The translations under genes and the position numbers were made by a program. A stretch of DNA of 64,000 bases from a virus (lineage: Duplodnaviria > Caudoviricetes): positions 86,427 through 150,426 of IMG/VR virus record IMGVR_UViG_2758568729_000001; one strand, written 5' to 3'. The notes below the pieces were generated by a model. That model ran no database searches. It saw nothing but the letters and a program-made list of their open reading frames with translations, and was not told the DNA's origin. Of this stretch, positions 17,613 through 26,941 are shown one piece after another. Positions within the stretch are counted from its first letter, which is position 1, and each line of letters begins with the position of its first letter.

Positions 17613-19745
17613 TCAGGCGTCCTTTCCGGCGAACGCGTCAGGGGGGAAGATCCGGGCCAACGCCTCGTCGGACAGGTCGTCCCCGCTCAGCAGTGCTTCG
17701 GGGTCGCCGACCTCGCCGGCCGGCTGGACCGGGACGGCGGTGCCGGGGGCGATGGAGGCGAGGATGTCGGTGATGACGTCCGACGCCTGGTCGTACCGGG
17801 TGGACCAGTTGTCCCGGTCGGCGGGCCGGATCTTGCCGGCCTTCACCGCACCGTCGAGGACGGACGCCTTGAGGGTGGCCGCCTCACGGGCCTTGATGGT
17901 GGCCAACTCCTCGGACACCCGCTTCAACTCGGCGGCGTACTCCGCCGGGATCGAGGCGGCGACCGGGGCCGGCTCCGCGACCGGCTCCGGGGTCGGGTTG
18001 GGGGTAGGGGCGGGGGCGGCCAAGCGCGCGTCGAGCGCGGCCAGGACAGCGGTCTCGTCGGCGTCGTCGGCGAGGCCGAGCCGCGAGCGGAACTCGCTCA
18101 GGTCGGACACAGGGTCCTCCAATGTGGGGTTGGTGATGGGCTCCGGCTCGGCGGCCGGGAGATCGGGGTCCGGGTCGGGTTCCGGCTCAGGCGCGGGCTC
18201 CGGCTCCGGGGAAGGGGCGGGGGCGGGATCGGCCGGGGCCGGCTCCGGGACAGGGGTGGGTTCAGGGGCCGGTTCCGGCTCCACCGGCGGGGGCGGGTCC
18301 GACGCCTTCGGCTCCTTGCCGGGGCGGGACTCCGACCGGGACGCGAACACCAGCGACTGCGTGCCGGCCTTCGCCGCCACCGGCTGCTCGTTGGTCGCGT
18401 CCACGTACCGGGTCAGGACCTCAACGGCGTCACCGAAGGTGAAGGTGTCCTCGCCGGTGACCTCCACCGGCACCCGGTACCGCTTCCCGCTGTTGTCGTC
18501 CACGACGATCATTTGCAGCGGGTCCAGGTGGAACTCGACGATCCAGTACGACCACGGGGCGTCGTCGTAATACTGGCGGCGGACGTCCTCCACGGTGACG
18601 CCGGCCGCGACCTGCGTTGGGTGCGGGTTGGGCATGGTGCTCCTTCCGCCGGCAGCGGCTTCGGTGGTTGTTGCGGTGGTGAGGGGGATGTCGGTGTGGT
18701 CGCCGCCGAACGCCACCCGGATGCGGTCGAACGCGACGGGGCCCGTCCGGTCGACCAGGTCGGGCAGGGTGTCGAGGTCACCGCTGTAGGTGAGGGTGAT
18801 GTGCGGGACCCATGGGGCCCGTTGCTCCGGCACCCCGTCCGACGTGACGGCGCCGATCGCGGCGTCGTGGGCCTCTTGAAGGCCCGGCCCGCCGACGAGT
18901 AGGACCAGGCAGGGTTCGGGGCCTCCGGGGTTGAACACCGACGGTGCGAACCCGTCAACGGTGAACGCTGGGAGGTTGGCGGCGATCTGCGTGGCCGCGG
19001 CGATGACCTCGGCCCGCGCGGTGTCGCCCCACGCGTCGCCCTTGCCCAAGAACATGAGGGTGGTGTGCAGCTCCCCAACGGGTTCGCCGTCGTCAACGGC
19101 GAGCCGGGCCGCATCATCTGCGGTGGGGAGCAGGGCGATCATTGCCCCGGTGTGCGCCGCCGCTGCGGCCTTCACCGGCTCGGCCCGGACCGTGGCCCGG
19201 ATCCGCACCCCGGACTGCGGTGCGGACGCGGCAACCCCGTACAGGGCGGCGATGTCCTGAAGGGATTGGAGGGTGCCGACACCCGGTGGGGTCACACCGA
19301 GGAGCGCCACAGCGGTCAGCACGAACGGGTGGGTGTGCCCGATCTGGCAGACAAAGTCGTAGACGCCCTCAATGGACCGGTCCGGGTACGCGGAGGCGAT
19401 CACCGAACCTTCATCGCCTGCTGCACCTGCCAGCCAGGCGGGCATCCCGGCGAAGTCGCCGACGAGGGTGAGCCCGTCGTCGGTGACCGTGAGGTTGTCG
19501 ACGTACCCGAGGAGCGGGTCCCCGTCGGCGGTGGGGTCGGTGAACCGCGTGTCGCTGTGGCCGATCTTGATGCCGGGGCGGCGGACCGCAGGGCACGCCA
19601 GGGCGGCGACCGCCGCATGCAGGTCCTGCGTCGTGGCGGTCCACACCCCGGTCGAGACCGGCCACGTGCCCGCGTGAACGAGTTCCACCCGGGGGATACG
19701 CCGAAGCGCAGGCGGGGCCGGCACGCTGACATCAGCCATGGTCAC
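17613..19745 (-). CDS. Capsid maturation protease-scaffold polyprotein with an internal 2H-phosphoesterase domain
   Basis: Mu-like protease motifs (IKIGH, YPDRSIEG, LTAVALLGVTPPGV); two HxT motifs (LHTTL, PHITL); PE linker; scaffold-like C-terminus AVKAGKIRPA. Confidence 0.85.
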   Translation of the reverse strand: MTMADVSVPAPPALRRIPRVELVHAGTWPVSTGVWTATTQDLHAAVAALACPAVRRPGIKIGHSDTRFTDPTADGDPLLGYVDNLTVTDDGLTLVGDFAGMPAWLAGAAGDEGSVIASAYPDRSIEGVYDFVCQIGHTHPFVLTAVALLGVTPPGVGTLQSLQDIAALYGVAASAPQSGVRIRATVRAEPVKAAAAAHTGAMIALLPTADDAARLAVDDGEPVGELHTTLMFLGKGDAWGDTARAEVIAAATQIAANLPAFTVDGFAPSVFNPGGPEPCLVLLVGGPGLQEAHDAAIGAVTSDGVPEQRAPWVPHITLTYSGDLDTLPDLVDRTGPVAFDRIRVAFGGDHTDIPLTTATTTEAAAGGRSTMPNPHPTQVAAGVTVEDVRRQYYDDAPWSYWIVEFHLDPLQMIVVDDNSGKRYRVPVEVTGEDTFTFGDAVEVLTRYVDATNEQPVAAKAGTQSLVFASRSESRPGKEPKASDPPPPVEPEPAPEPTPVPEPAPADPAPAPSPEPEPAPEPEPDPDPDLPAAEPEPITNPTLEDPVSDLSEFRSRLGLADDADETAVLAALDARLAAPAPTPNPTPEPVAEPAPVAASIPAEYAAELKRVSEELATIKAREAATLKASVLDGAVKAGKIRPADRDNWSTRYDQASDVITDILASIAPGTAVPVQPAGEVGDPEALLSGDDLSDEALARIFPPDAFAGKDA

Positions 19746-21156
19746 CGCCTCCTGTTCCAGCAGCGGCGGGGATCGGAAGGGTGAGTTGTTCCGGTGGCGG
19801 CTGCTTACGGGGCCGGCGCGACGCCCGGCGGGCTACAACGGCGGGCGCCGGGGGCGAGGCGGGAGGATCCGGCTCGGGCTCGGGCTCAGGGGAGTTGTCG
19901 TCGGGCTCGGGAGCTGGTGGGGTCGGGGCCGGGGGTGGCTCGGTGCGCTCCGGAAGCCGGTACTCGCGCCGAACCCACGCCTCAAGAGCCGGATCAGCGG
20001 ACAGGGCACCCGACGACAGCAGCAGGTCCAGCGACTCGGCGGTCACCTCACGGCGTGACCCGACACCCGCGACGGTGACAACCGGCACTGGTTCGTCTTG
20101 GCCCCAGTTCCAGTCGACGATCCGGGCCGCGATCTGCCTGGTGGCGGTGTCGGCGATCTGCTCGCCGATCGTCTCCAACGCCAGGGTCCAGGAGTCGATG
20201 AACGCGGTGCCGAGCGCCCGGGATCCGCCGTTGCCGCCTTGACCGAGGTCGAGGTGTTGCATCAGGGCGCCTGCGGACATCTCCCGGTTGAGCCAGTCGA
20301 GGAACGCGAGAGTGTCCGGCACCGCACCAGACAGGCCGGCGATCCGGAGCGTGAACCCCGGTGGTGCTGCCGCCCCCGCCGTGTCCCCCGCGCGTGCGGC
20401 TGACGCCATTTCCTGCGCCTGACGCATCTGCTCCGGTGTCGGCACCGTGCCAGGCAGGGCTTCCATGACCGGCACGCCGGCACCCCAGCGGCGGTTGCTG
20501 ATCGCGTGGACGCGCTGCATTTCCCGCTTGATCAGCCATGGGGCGTAGGCGGGCCGAAGCAGGGACACACCCTGCCACGCGGAACCCTCCCGCTCGTGGC
20601 AGTACCACGCCAACCGGTCCGCCGGGATCTGCGGCGACCGTTGCTGGCTGGTCAAGATCTGGTCGACTCCGAGCAGGGCGCCGGTGCGTGGGTCGGCGTG
20701 GATCGCGCTGATCGACTGCGGCAACCGTTCGGCCAGGGTTACGAGCCGAGCCACGCCCGACGACACATCTGCAACGAGCTCGAACCCCGCGTGCCCGAAC
20801 GTCAGGCAGTTCAGGGCGGCCCGAAGGTGCTCGTTCCACGACACGCCGCGCCGGAACGCGCCAGTTTCGGTGTCCTGCCCTTTGACGTGCAGCCCGAGCC
20901 CGTCGGCGACCAACTGGACAACCTCGGGCCGGCAACCGGTCCCGTCGAGCTGCCATTGCGCACGCCGGAGTTGCAGCGTGTACCCGGCCAGGACCGCGGC
21001 CAGGCGGGGGTCCCGGCGCATCATCGAGTAGATCTCGACGCTGTTCGGGTACAGCAGGTCGGGGACGTGTTCGTACACGTCGGCGACGAGGGTGCCGTAC
21101 TGGTGTTCGTTGACCACACCGAGCGGGTGCAGCGGTGGTTTGATGGGGGCGGTCAT
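19732..21156 (-). CDS. Portal protein (Mu gp29/DUF935-like)
   Basis: YSMMRRDPRL...GVSLLRPAY.PW..K...GGSRALG; follows the terminase. Confidence 0.9.
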   Translation of the reverse strand: MTAPIKPPLHPLGVVNEHQYGTLVADVYEHVPDLLYPNSVEIYSMMRRDPRLAAVLAGYTLQLRRAQWQLDGTGCRPEVVQLVADGLGLHVKGQDTETGAFRRGVSWNEHLRAALNCLTFGHAGFELVADVSSGVARLVTLAERLPQSISAIHADPRTGALLGVDQILTSQQRSPQIPADRLAWYCHEREGSAWQGVSLLRPAYAPWLIKREMQRVHAISNRRWGAGVPVMEALPGTVPTPEQMRQAQEMASAARAGDTAGAAAPPGFTLRIAGLSGAVPDTLAFLDWLNREMSAGALMQHLDLGQGGNGGSRALGTAFIDSWTLALETIGEQIADTATRQIAARIVDWNWGQDEPVPVVTVAGVGSRREVTAESLDLLLSSGALSADPALEAWVRREYRLPERTEPPPAPTPPAPEPDDNSPEPEPEPDPPASPPAPAVVARRASRRPRKQPPPEQLTLPIPAAAGTGGGDHG

Positions 21157-21172
21157 GCCCACCCCCCGACCT

Positions 21173-22789
21173 CTACATCGGCACGGTGTTCCAGTCGACA
21201 ACCCCGGCGGGGTCCGGTGGCGGTGGCGGGCCCTTAGGCGTTGGGCCGGCGCGGGTGACCGAAACCCGGACCGCGTACGAAAAGGTGTCCACCTGGTCGT
21301 CGTTCTTGCTGTTCGGGAACGCGGCGTGTTCGTTGACCCAAACCGCTGTCCACCACGCCCCGGCGGGCAACCAGACCCGGCCGGCGGCGGCCCACGCGGA
21401 TGCGGGAAGCGCCCGGGACAGCTTGTCGGTTTCGGTGTCCAGGGGGGTGATCGACACCCCGGCGTTCGCCGCCTCCCGGACCAGGGTCATGCCGTACTGG
21501 CTGCGCTCCACGAACAGGGTGTCGAGCTTCCACCGCTGCACCAAAGGTTGGGCGTGGGTGAAGTGGTCGTTTTCCGAGATGTGCGCCCGCACCCGGTCCA
21601 GCAGGACCAGGTCCCGGTCAGGGGTACGCGCCCACACGGAGATGACGGTCCAGTCCGCCGACGCCTTCGTAGACGCGGCGAGGTCGACGGTCGCGAACCG
21701 CCAGCAGTCCTCAAGGGCGACCACCCGGGAGCCGAGGTGCAGGTACCCGTCGACACCGGGTGACCAGTACCGCCACCACAACCGCTTGAACAGGTTGCCC
21801 TCAGCGGGTGCCGGCCGCTGCTGGTACAGGGCGGCGAACACGTACGGGCCGACCGTCTTCGCGATCTGCTTCCAGTCCCGGTCACCCCGGGCCGAAACCA
21901 TGCCCTCACCGCGTTTACGGCCAAGGATGTCGTCGTCGGACTCGGCCACGGCCGGGATGGAGATGACCCGCCACCGGCCGCCAGAAGCCTTGTCGCCCTC
22001 GTTGGCCAAGATGCGGCGGATCGGCTCGTCTTCGTGCCAGCACGTTTGGATCCACGCGACCCGGGCCTTCGGGCCCATCCGGGGCACCAGCACCGACTGG
22101 TAGGTGGACATCGCTTTTTCGCGGATTTTCTCCGACTGGGCGTCGATCATGTTCCGGATCGGGTCATCCACGATGATCACGTCACCGGGCTTACCGGTGA
22201 TCGATCCGTTTACGCCGGCACAGTAGATCGACCCCTTGTGGCCGGCGATGTTCCACCGGCCGGCCGCCCGGGAGTCCTTCCGCAACCTCAGGCCGAGGTC
22301 GTAGGTGCCCTCGTCCCCGGACCACTGCTCCAGGGCGTTTTTGATGTCGCCGCCCCAACGGCGGGCCATCTCATCCGAGTAGGAAACGATCAGGATGCGC
22401 AGGTCGGGGTTGACGCAGGTGAGCAACCACAAGGGGAACCAGTAGGAGACCGTGGTCGACTTGCCCTCTTGCGGGGCCATCATCGCCGACAGCCGGTTCT
22501 CCCGACCGTCCGCGAGATCCACCAACGCGGAGTTGATCAGCTCAAGGGCGGGGGTACGGACTACGCCGTGCGGCTCCCCGTCCTCGTCCACGTAGTACGG
22601 GTCCAGCTCGGCGGCCATGTCCAACGGGGACGGCCACCGAGCCCGGTTCAGCTCACGTTTCCGTCGGGCCTCCGCCCGGCCCTGCTCCTCGCGCGCGGCC
22701 TTAAGCCGACGCACCTCCCGCAGTTTGACCAGCTTCAGTTGCTTCAAGCTCGGCGGTGAGCCGAGCGATTTCAGCATCGAGACTGTCAA
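21173..22789 (-). CDS. terL: Terminase large subunit
   Basis: Walker A PQEGKST, IIVDDPI, ALYQQRP, VDLA and nuclease NDDQVDT motifs. Confidence 0.95.
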   Translation of the reverse strand: MTVSMLKSLGSPPSLKQLKLVKLREVRRLKAAREEQGRAEARRKRELNRARWPSPLDMAAELDPYYVDEDGEPHGVVRTPALELINSALVDLADGRENRLSAMMAPQEGKSTTVSYWFPLWLLTCVNPDLRILIVSYSDEMARRWGGDIKNALEQWSGDEGTYDLGLRLRKDSRAAGRWNIAGHKGSIYCAGVNGSITGKPGDVIIVDDPIRNMIDAQSEKIREKAMSTYQSVLVPRMGPKARVAWIQTCWHEDEPIRRILANEGDKASGGRWRVISIPAVAESDDDILGRKRGEGMVSARGDRDWKQIAKTVGPYVFAALYQQRPAPAEGNLFKRLWWRYWSPGVDGYLHLGSRVVALEDCWRFATVDLAASTKASADWTVISVWARTPDRDLVLLDRVRAHISENDHFTHAQPLVQRWKLDTLFVERSQYGMTLVREAANAGVSITPLDTETDKLSRALPASAWAAAGRVWLPAGAWWTAVWVNEHAAFPNSKNDDQVDTFSYAVRVSVTRAGPTPKGPPPPPDPAGVVDWNTVPM

Positions 22790-23225
22790 TGGTGATCGCC
22801 TCCACTCGCGTGGGGGCGTCCAGACCCTCGTACTTCGCCCGACGTTCCTGGATCTTGAGGAGGGTCACGACGGCCTGCAACTTGGGCCCGTCGTCGAGGA
22901 GCGGCTTGCCCTCGTTGCCCTCACGCTCGTCGTAGATCAGCTTCCCGTGGCTGACCACCACGTGGTCCCGCTTCAGGACCGCCCACGCCTCAGCCCACAT
23001 CAAGTCGAGGCGTTGCAGCTCCCGGTGCCGGCGGACCTCCACCGACTCCCGTAGCTCGACCACGGCGGTTTCCATCGCCCGGGTGATGTCCTTGTGGGCG
23101 GCGGCCCGGTCGGCGTATCCGAGTTCGTCGGCGATCTGGTCGTACGTGGCCCCGGCCAACTGCATGTCGATCGCCTTGCGGCGGCGTTCAGCGGTCGCGG
23201 CTCGTTGGGCGCGGGATGCGGGCAT
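22701..23225 (-). CDS. terS: Terminase small subunit
   Basis: HTH GATYDQIADELGY; ERRAKYEGLDAP; immediately upstream of terL. Confidence 0.85.
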   Translation of the reverse strand: MPASRAQRAATAERRRKAIDMQLAGATYDQIADELGYADRAAAHKDITRAMETAVVELRESVEVRRHRELQRLDLMWAEAWAVLKRDHVVVSHGKLIYDEREGNEGKPLLDDGPKLQAVVTLLKIQERRAKYEGLDAPTRVEAITIDSLDAEIARLTAELEATEAGQTAGGASA

Positions 23226-23293
23226 GTTGGCTGGTTCCTACGTTGGCGGGTCTCGGTGTACCTGCACGGCTACCAAGATCAAGTTGGGGACAC

Positions 23294-23331
23294 AAAAAAA
23301 GCGGGACCGAGAGAACTCCTCTCGGTCCCGC
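23294..23331 (-). terminator. Intrinsic terminator downstream of the tRNA
   Basis: 13-bp stem gcgggaccgagag/ctctcggtcccgc followed by a T7 tract on the minus strand. Confidence 0.85.
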
Positions 23332-23342
23332 AAGGTGCCAAA

Positions 23343-23419
23343 TGGTTGCGCTGGCAGGATTCGAACCTGCGGCCTTCTGGTTATGAGCCAGACGAGCTAC
23401 CGGGCTGCTCCACAGCGCG
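23343..23419 (-). tRNA. tRNA-fMet (CAT), initiator type
   Basis: 77-nt cloverleaf CGCGCTG...CT-CAT-AA...TTCGAAT...CAGCGCAACCA with a C1:A72 mismatch, A11:U24 pair and encoded CCA. Confidence 0.95.
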
Positions 23420-23480
23420 TTGTCCCGGCCCGAGCCCTGGAGGGTTGCTCGGGCCGGAAGTGTGGGGGTGTGGTGCGTGG

Positions 23481-23813
23481 TCAGGCCGGGGGCTCGACCG
23501 GGGGGTTCTCGCTGCCGTCGGCGTCGCCGATCTCGGCGTCGAACGCGGCGACCTTGGCGTTCAGGGAGTCGAGGGCCGCCTGCCCGGTCTCGGTCAGGTT
23601 CTCGCGCTCCTCGGTGAGGGTGGCGAGAGCGGCGCGGACGTCTGCGATGAGGTCGTCGAGCTTGGTGGACAGCTCGTTGATCTGCTCGGCTGCGGTGGCC
23701 ATGTGTTGCTCCGTTCGGTAGACGAGGAGGGGCATGAGGGCGAGCCCCTTCAGGTAGGCGAGGAGGGTTGACCACCCGGATCCGGTGTCCGGGTGGTTGC
23801 TGGGGCGGTGCAC
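23481..23813 (-). CDS. Hypothetical coiled-coil protein
   Basis: AEQINELSTKLDDLIADVR heptads; an alternative start at MATAA is possible. Confidence 0.65.
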   Translation of the reverse strand: MHRPSNHPDTGSGWSTLLAYLKGLALMPLLVYRTEQHMATAAEQINELSTKLDDLIADVRAALATLTEERENLTETGQAALDSLNAKVAAFDAEIGDADGSENPPVEPPA

Positions 23814-23831
23814 GGGGTGCCTCCCGGTGGG

Positions 23832-24152
23832 TTACGGGACGCTGCGGGTGGCGCGGTGCTGGTCGGCGATGGCCTGCGCCTGGTCGGGGGTGAGCCAGTG
23901 GCCGCACGGGTAGGGGGCGACGACCCCGAACGCGCGTTGCATCCGGTCGACGGGGCCGACGCAGGTTGGGCAGGTGGGGCGGCGGTCGCCGTGCTCGCGG
24001 CCGTCGAGGGAGTGGTGCACGATCACCCAGCCGATCCGCCCGTCTGAGGTGGGAACAGGTTCGGTGGTGGGCCCGCAAACGCAGGCGGCGTCTCGGTCGT
24101 GGGCGACGAGGTCGCCGACCGGCATGACGTGCACGTCGGCCACCCGGATCAC
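23832..24152 (-). CDS. Hypothetical Cys/His-rich protein
   Basis: CVCGP...HHSLDGRE, CPTC. Confidence 0.65.
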   Translation of the reverse strand: MIRVADVHVMPVGDLVAHDRDAACVCGPTTEPVPTSDGRIGWVIVHHSLDGREHGDRRPTCPTCVGPVDRMQRAFGVVAPYPCGHWLTPDQAQAIADQHRATRSVP

Positions 24153-24359
24153 CTACCCGTCGTTCGACTGGTCCTCCGCGACCTGGGATGAGGTGAGGAG
24201 GTCGGTGGCGGTCAGGATGATCGCGAGCCAGCTCAGGCCGAGGATGCCTTGGGGTTCGTCGGCGAAGACCGTGGCGGCGCTGACGGGCCAGCCGATGACG
24301 GATCCGATGAGGAGAACCCAGGCGGCGATGGTGCGGGCGCGGCGCATCCGGTTTGCCAT
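24153..24359 (-). CDS. Small two-TM membrane protein
   Basis: MANRMRRARTIAAWVLLIG...ILGLSWLAIIL. Confidence 0.7.
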   Translation of the reverse strand: MANRMRRARTIAAWVLLIGSVIGWPVSAATVFADEPQGILGLSWLAIILTATDLLTSSQVAEDQSNDG

Positions 24360-24381
24360 GCCAAACCCCCGTCGGACACAG

Positions 24382-24419
24382 CAAAAGCCAGCCGCGACTG
24401 GGTCTACGGCTGGCTTTTG
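24382..24419. terminator. Bidirectional terminator-like hairpin
   Basis: caaaagccagccg-N12-cggctggcttttg, a 13-bp inverted repeat. Confidence 0.65.
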
Positions 24420-24461
24420 AGACACGGGTGCTCGCGCCAATCTGTATCACGATCACACGTG

Positions 24462-24881
24462 TTAGTGCAAGGACTGGGTCCGTTTTTGTTGGGCGCGTCG
24501 TACGGCGAGGGCTGCTTCGAGGACGGCGCCGGCCAGGTAGAGGGTTTCCTTTCCGCGTCGCCCGAACCGGGGGAGCAGGGTTTTCGACTGGTCTTCAGGG
24601 TGTTTCGCGGTCGCCCACTGCCGGATGGTGTGCGGTTGGACGTGGACGAGCTCGGCGGCCTCCGCCGTGGTGACTTCCTGTTCCGGCTCGACGAGCTGTT
24701 CCCGCTCCAACATCCAGGTCTCACCGAACTCGGCGGCAACCTCGTCGGCTTGGTCGCAGAGCCGGGTGTTCTGGGCGCGGAGGTGGGTGCGGTACATGCG
24801 GGCGATCGCCCGTGCCCGTTGGGCGGGCCCGTCGGTGGGGTTGGGCCACGCCGGGTTGATGAGCCGGTCGAAGGCGTTCAC
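24462..24881 (-). CDS. HTH DNA-binding protein (putative late regulator)
   Basis: VTTAEAAELVHVQPHTIRQWA; located at the early/late boundary. Confidence 0.75.
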   Translation of the reverse strand: MNAFDRLINPAWPNPTDGPAQRARAIARMYRTHLRAQNTRLCDQADEVAAEFGETWMLEREQLVEPEQEVTTAEAAELVHVQPHTIRQWATAKHPEDQSKTLLPRFGRRGKETLYLAGAVLEAALAVRRAQQKRTQSLH

Positions 24882-25729
24882 CGGTCGGCGTCCTCGGGGT
24901 CCGGGGTGTCGTTGTACTGCGGCCACCGGAGGGTGGTCAGGTACACCTGGTAGTCGTCCCAGTTGCGCCACTGGGAGCACCGGTCGCACCAGATGCGGTC
25001 GGAGTCGTCGTCCTCGTGCGGGTGGCCGGTGTCCGGGCGGTGGCGGGGTTCGGACCGGTACAGGGGCCCGTCCTTGGGGTCGTTGTCGCGGCCGTCGCAG
25101 GTCCAGCAGTCGCCGGGAACCCAGTGGGAACGTTGGGTCCAGCCGAGCATGCCGCGGGCGCGGGCCCGGAGCCGTTGGAGGTGGTGGACGGCTTCCCAGC
25201 CGGCCATGTCGGTTGGGTTGTCTTCCACACCGGACGGGAACACGGTGCGGGGTTCGAGGCGGGCGAGGGTGCCGAGGTGCGGGGCGAGCAGGTTGACGGC
25301 GCGTTGGACTGCACCGCCGTGAAGGACCCGCGCCGGCGGTGGCGGGTTCGACACGGTGGTGTGCCACGCCCCGATGATGATCGTCCGCGCCGGTGGGGTC
25401 AGCCTGCCCTGTAGGCGCAGCTCGTTGGCCCAGAGGGTGGTGACGTAGTGGATTTCCCGCTGCAACGCTTCGGGTTCGCCGCGGAGTGGCATCGGTGGGG
25501 CGGCCTTGCCGCGCGGTTGGCTGCTGATTGCCTGCGACAGGACCGGGGTCTGCAACTGCTCCAGGTCGAGGTAGTCGTAGACGAGGGTGCGGACGTCGCG
25601 GACGGCGGCGGCTAGGCACGGGTCGCAGAGGGGGCAACCATCAACCCATCCGGGATGCTTGTCGATGTTGTCGTACGACCGGCACCGGTCGCCGGTGGCG
25701 CAGTACGGGTCATTCGGGGTGGTGTTCAT
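24878..25729 (-). CDS. Zinc-finger protein (putative regulator)
   Basis: CDPC, CWTC and CDRC pairs. Confidence 0.7.
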   Translation of the reverse strand: MNTTPNDPYCATGDRCRSYDNIDKHPGWVDGCPLCDPCLAAAVRDVRTLVYDYLDLEQLQTPVLSQAISSQPRGKAAPPMPLRGEPEALQREIHYVTTLWANELRLQGRLTPPARTIIIGAWHTTVSNPPPPARVLHGGAVQRAVNLLAPHLGTLARLEPRTVFPSGVEDNPTDMAGWEAVHHLQRLRARARGMLGWTQRSHWVPGDCWTCDGRDNDPKDGPLYRSEPRHRPDTGHPHEDDDSDRIWCDRCSQWRNWDDYQVYLTTLRWPQYNDTPDPEDADR

Positions 25730-25846
25730 GCGGGTGATCTCCGTCCGCGCTGGTGGGGCTACGCTTGCGGTGATCTTCCGCACCTTGGGGGTGAGGGTGG
25801 GTCGTTGCCGGCGGTCGGGGTGGTGCCCGGCCGCCGGATCTTTGTG

Positions 25847-25996
25847 TCAGTCCCGGTCGACCCAGGCCAGGCCGGTGAACAGGATCGCGCCGAAGCCGGC
25901 GCCGATGATCCCGTTGACCACAGTGGGGTCACCGGCGTGGTGTGACCAGACTGCCAGCCCGAAGATCGCCCAGAACACTGCGGCCAAGGACTTCAC
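25847..25996 (-). CDS. 49-aa two-TM membrane peptide
   Basis: Below the ORF-track cutoff; MKSLAAVFWAIFGLAVW...; GTGA overlap. Confidence 0.6.
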   Translation of the reverse strand: MKSLAAVFWAIFGLAVWSHHAGDPTVVNGIIGAGFGAILFTGLAWVDRD

Positions 25997-26262
25997 GTGG
26001 TTGGCCCCCAGTCGTCAGGTGGTGTCAGGTTGGACTGGAGCCAGTGGTTGCATGCCCAGCAGAGGTCGAGCCACCGGTTCCCGATCTTGGTGTGGGCAAT
26101 GTAGGCGACTCCAGCGGGTTCGGGGCACCGCAGGCAGTCGTGTACCTCGCCGTAGCGGCGGTACTCGATGGCCGCGGCGAGGTTCCCAGCCTTCGGTGCC
26201 GGCGGCAGGAGCGTCGGTTCCGTCTTCAACAGGTGCAGCAGGCCGTCGGCCAGTGTGGTCAC
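25993..26262 (-). CDS. Hypothetical zinc-finger protein
   Basis: CLRC...CWAC; coupled start. Confidence 0.65.
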   Translation of the reverse strand: MTTLADGLLHLLKTEPTLLPPAPKAGNLAAAIEYRRYGEVHDCLRCPEPAGVAYIAHTKIGNRWLDLCWACNHWLQSNLTPPDDWGPTT

Positions 26263-26468
26263 GTCAACCCACCCCTGAACAGGTCGGGGTGCTCGGCGAT
26301 GAACTGGTTGCCGGCGGCGTGCATGGCGGCTGCGAGCTGGTCGTGTACCCAGTCGTCGTAGCCGTCGGTGGTGGTGTCCGCGTCGGCCTGGTCGACGTGC
26401 TCGGGTGTCCAGTGGTCGACGTCGGCGACGGTGGCCGCCCAGTGAAGTCGGATCATGGTTGCGCTCAC
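26259..26468 (-). CDS. Hypothetical acidic protein
   Basis: 69 aa, translationally coupled. Confidence 0.65.
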   Translation of the reverse strand: MSATMIRLHWAATVADVDHWTPEHVDQADADTTTDGYDDWVHDQLAAAMHAAGNQFIAEHPDLFRGGLT

Positions 26469-26941
26469 GGCTGGCCCCAGTGTTCGGCGTACCCGGCACG
26501 GCCGGCGTACGGCCGCGCATCCAGCTTGAGTAGCGCCTCGGCCCGCATCGCGTCGATCTTGTAAGCCATTCGCGCTTCCGGTCCATCGGACACCTCGGGT
26601 GGTCCCTCAAGCATGGCCAGAGCGAGGCTGATGCGCTTCCGTCGGGCGTCGACTTCGGCCAGTACCCGTTTGGGGCTGGCAAACCGGGCGATGTGTTCCG
26701 CATCGAACTCCGCGAAGTCTTCCGTCCTCACGACGTGTTGGGCTGTGTACGGAGGGCGGTCGGTCCGAACCCGGTGGTAGTCGATATGCGGCGGCGATTC
26801 GTTGTTCACGACCCGCTCCGCTACCCAGTCTTCGGGGTCATTGCCGGCGTAGCTCTCGCGGTGGTGTCGCAGGATCCGGCGGGCGACCCGCTCATCCTTG
26901 TCGACCTGTGCCAGTAGCCAAACGATCCGAGGCTCGGTCAC
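26465..26941 (-). CDS. DUF6221-like protein (paralog B)
   Basis: WLLAQVDKDE...AEHIARF.SPKRVLAEVDARR...PYAGRAGYAEHW. Confidence 0.8.
   Translation of the reverse strand: MTEPRIVWLLAQVDKDERVARRILRHHRESYAGNDPEDWVAERVVNNESPPHIDYHRVRTDRPPYTAQHVVRTEDFAEFDAEHIARFASPKRVLAEVDARRKRISLALAMLEGPPEVSDGPEARMAYKIDAMRAEALLKLDARPYAGRAGYAEHWGQP

Noticed and set aside
18130-18300. Repetitive ggctccgg tract as a CRISPR array or DNA repeat element
   Set aside because: It encodes the Pro-Glu linker of the scaffold and has no constant repeat/unique spacer structure.
23343-23419. tRNA as the prophage attachment site or boundary
   Set aside because: Phage genes continue on both sides, no integrase is nearby, and I saw no duplicated tRNA 3' end.
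24153-24359. Holin call for the two-TM protein
   Set aside because: No endolysin is adjacent, and topology alone is insufficient evidence.
24441-24470. SigA promoter (TTGCAC...) at the start of the late region
   Set aside because: There is no convincing -10 element at 16-18 bp spacing.
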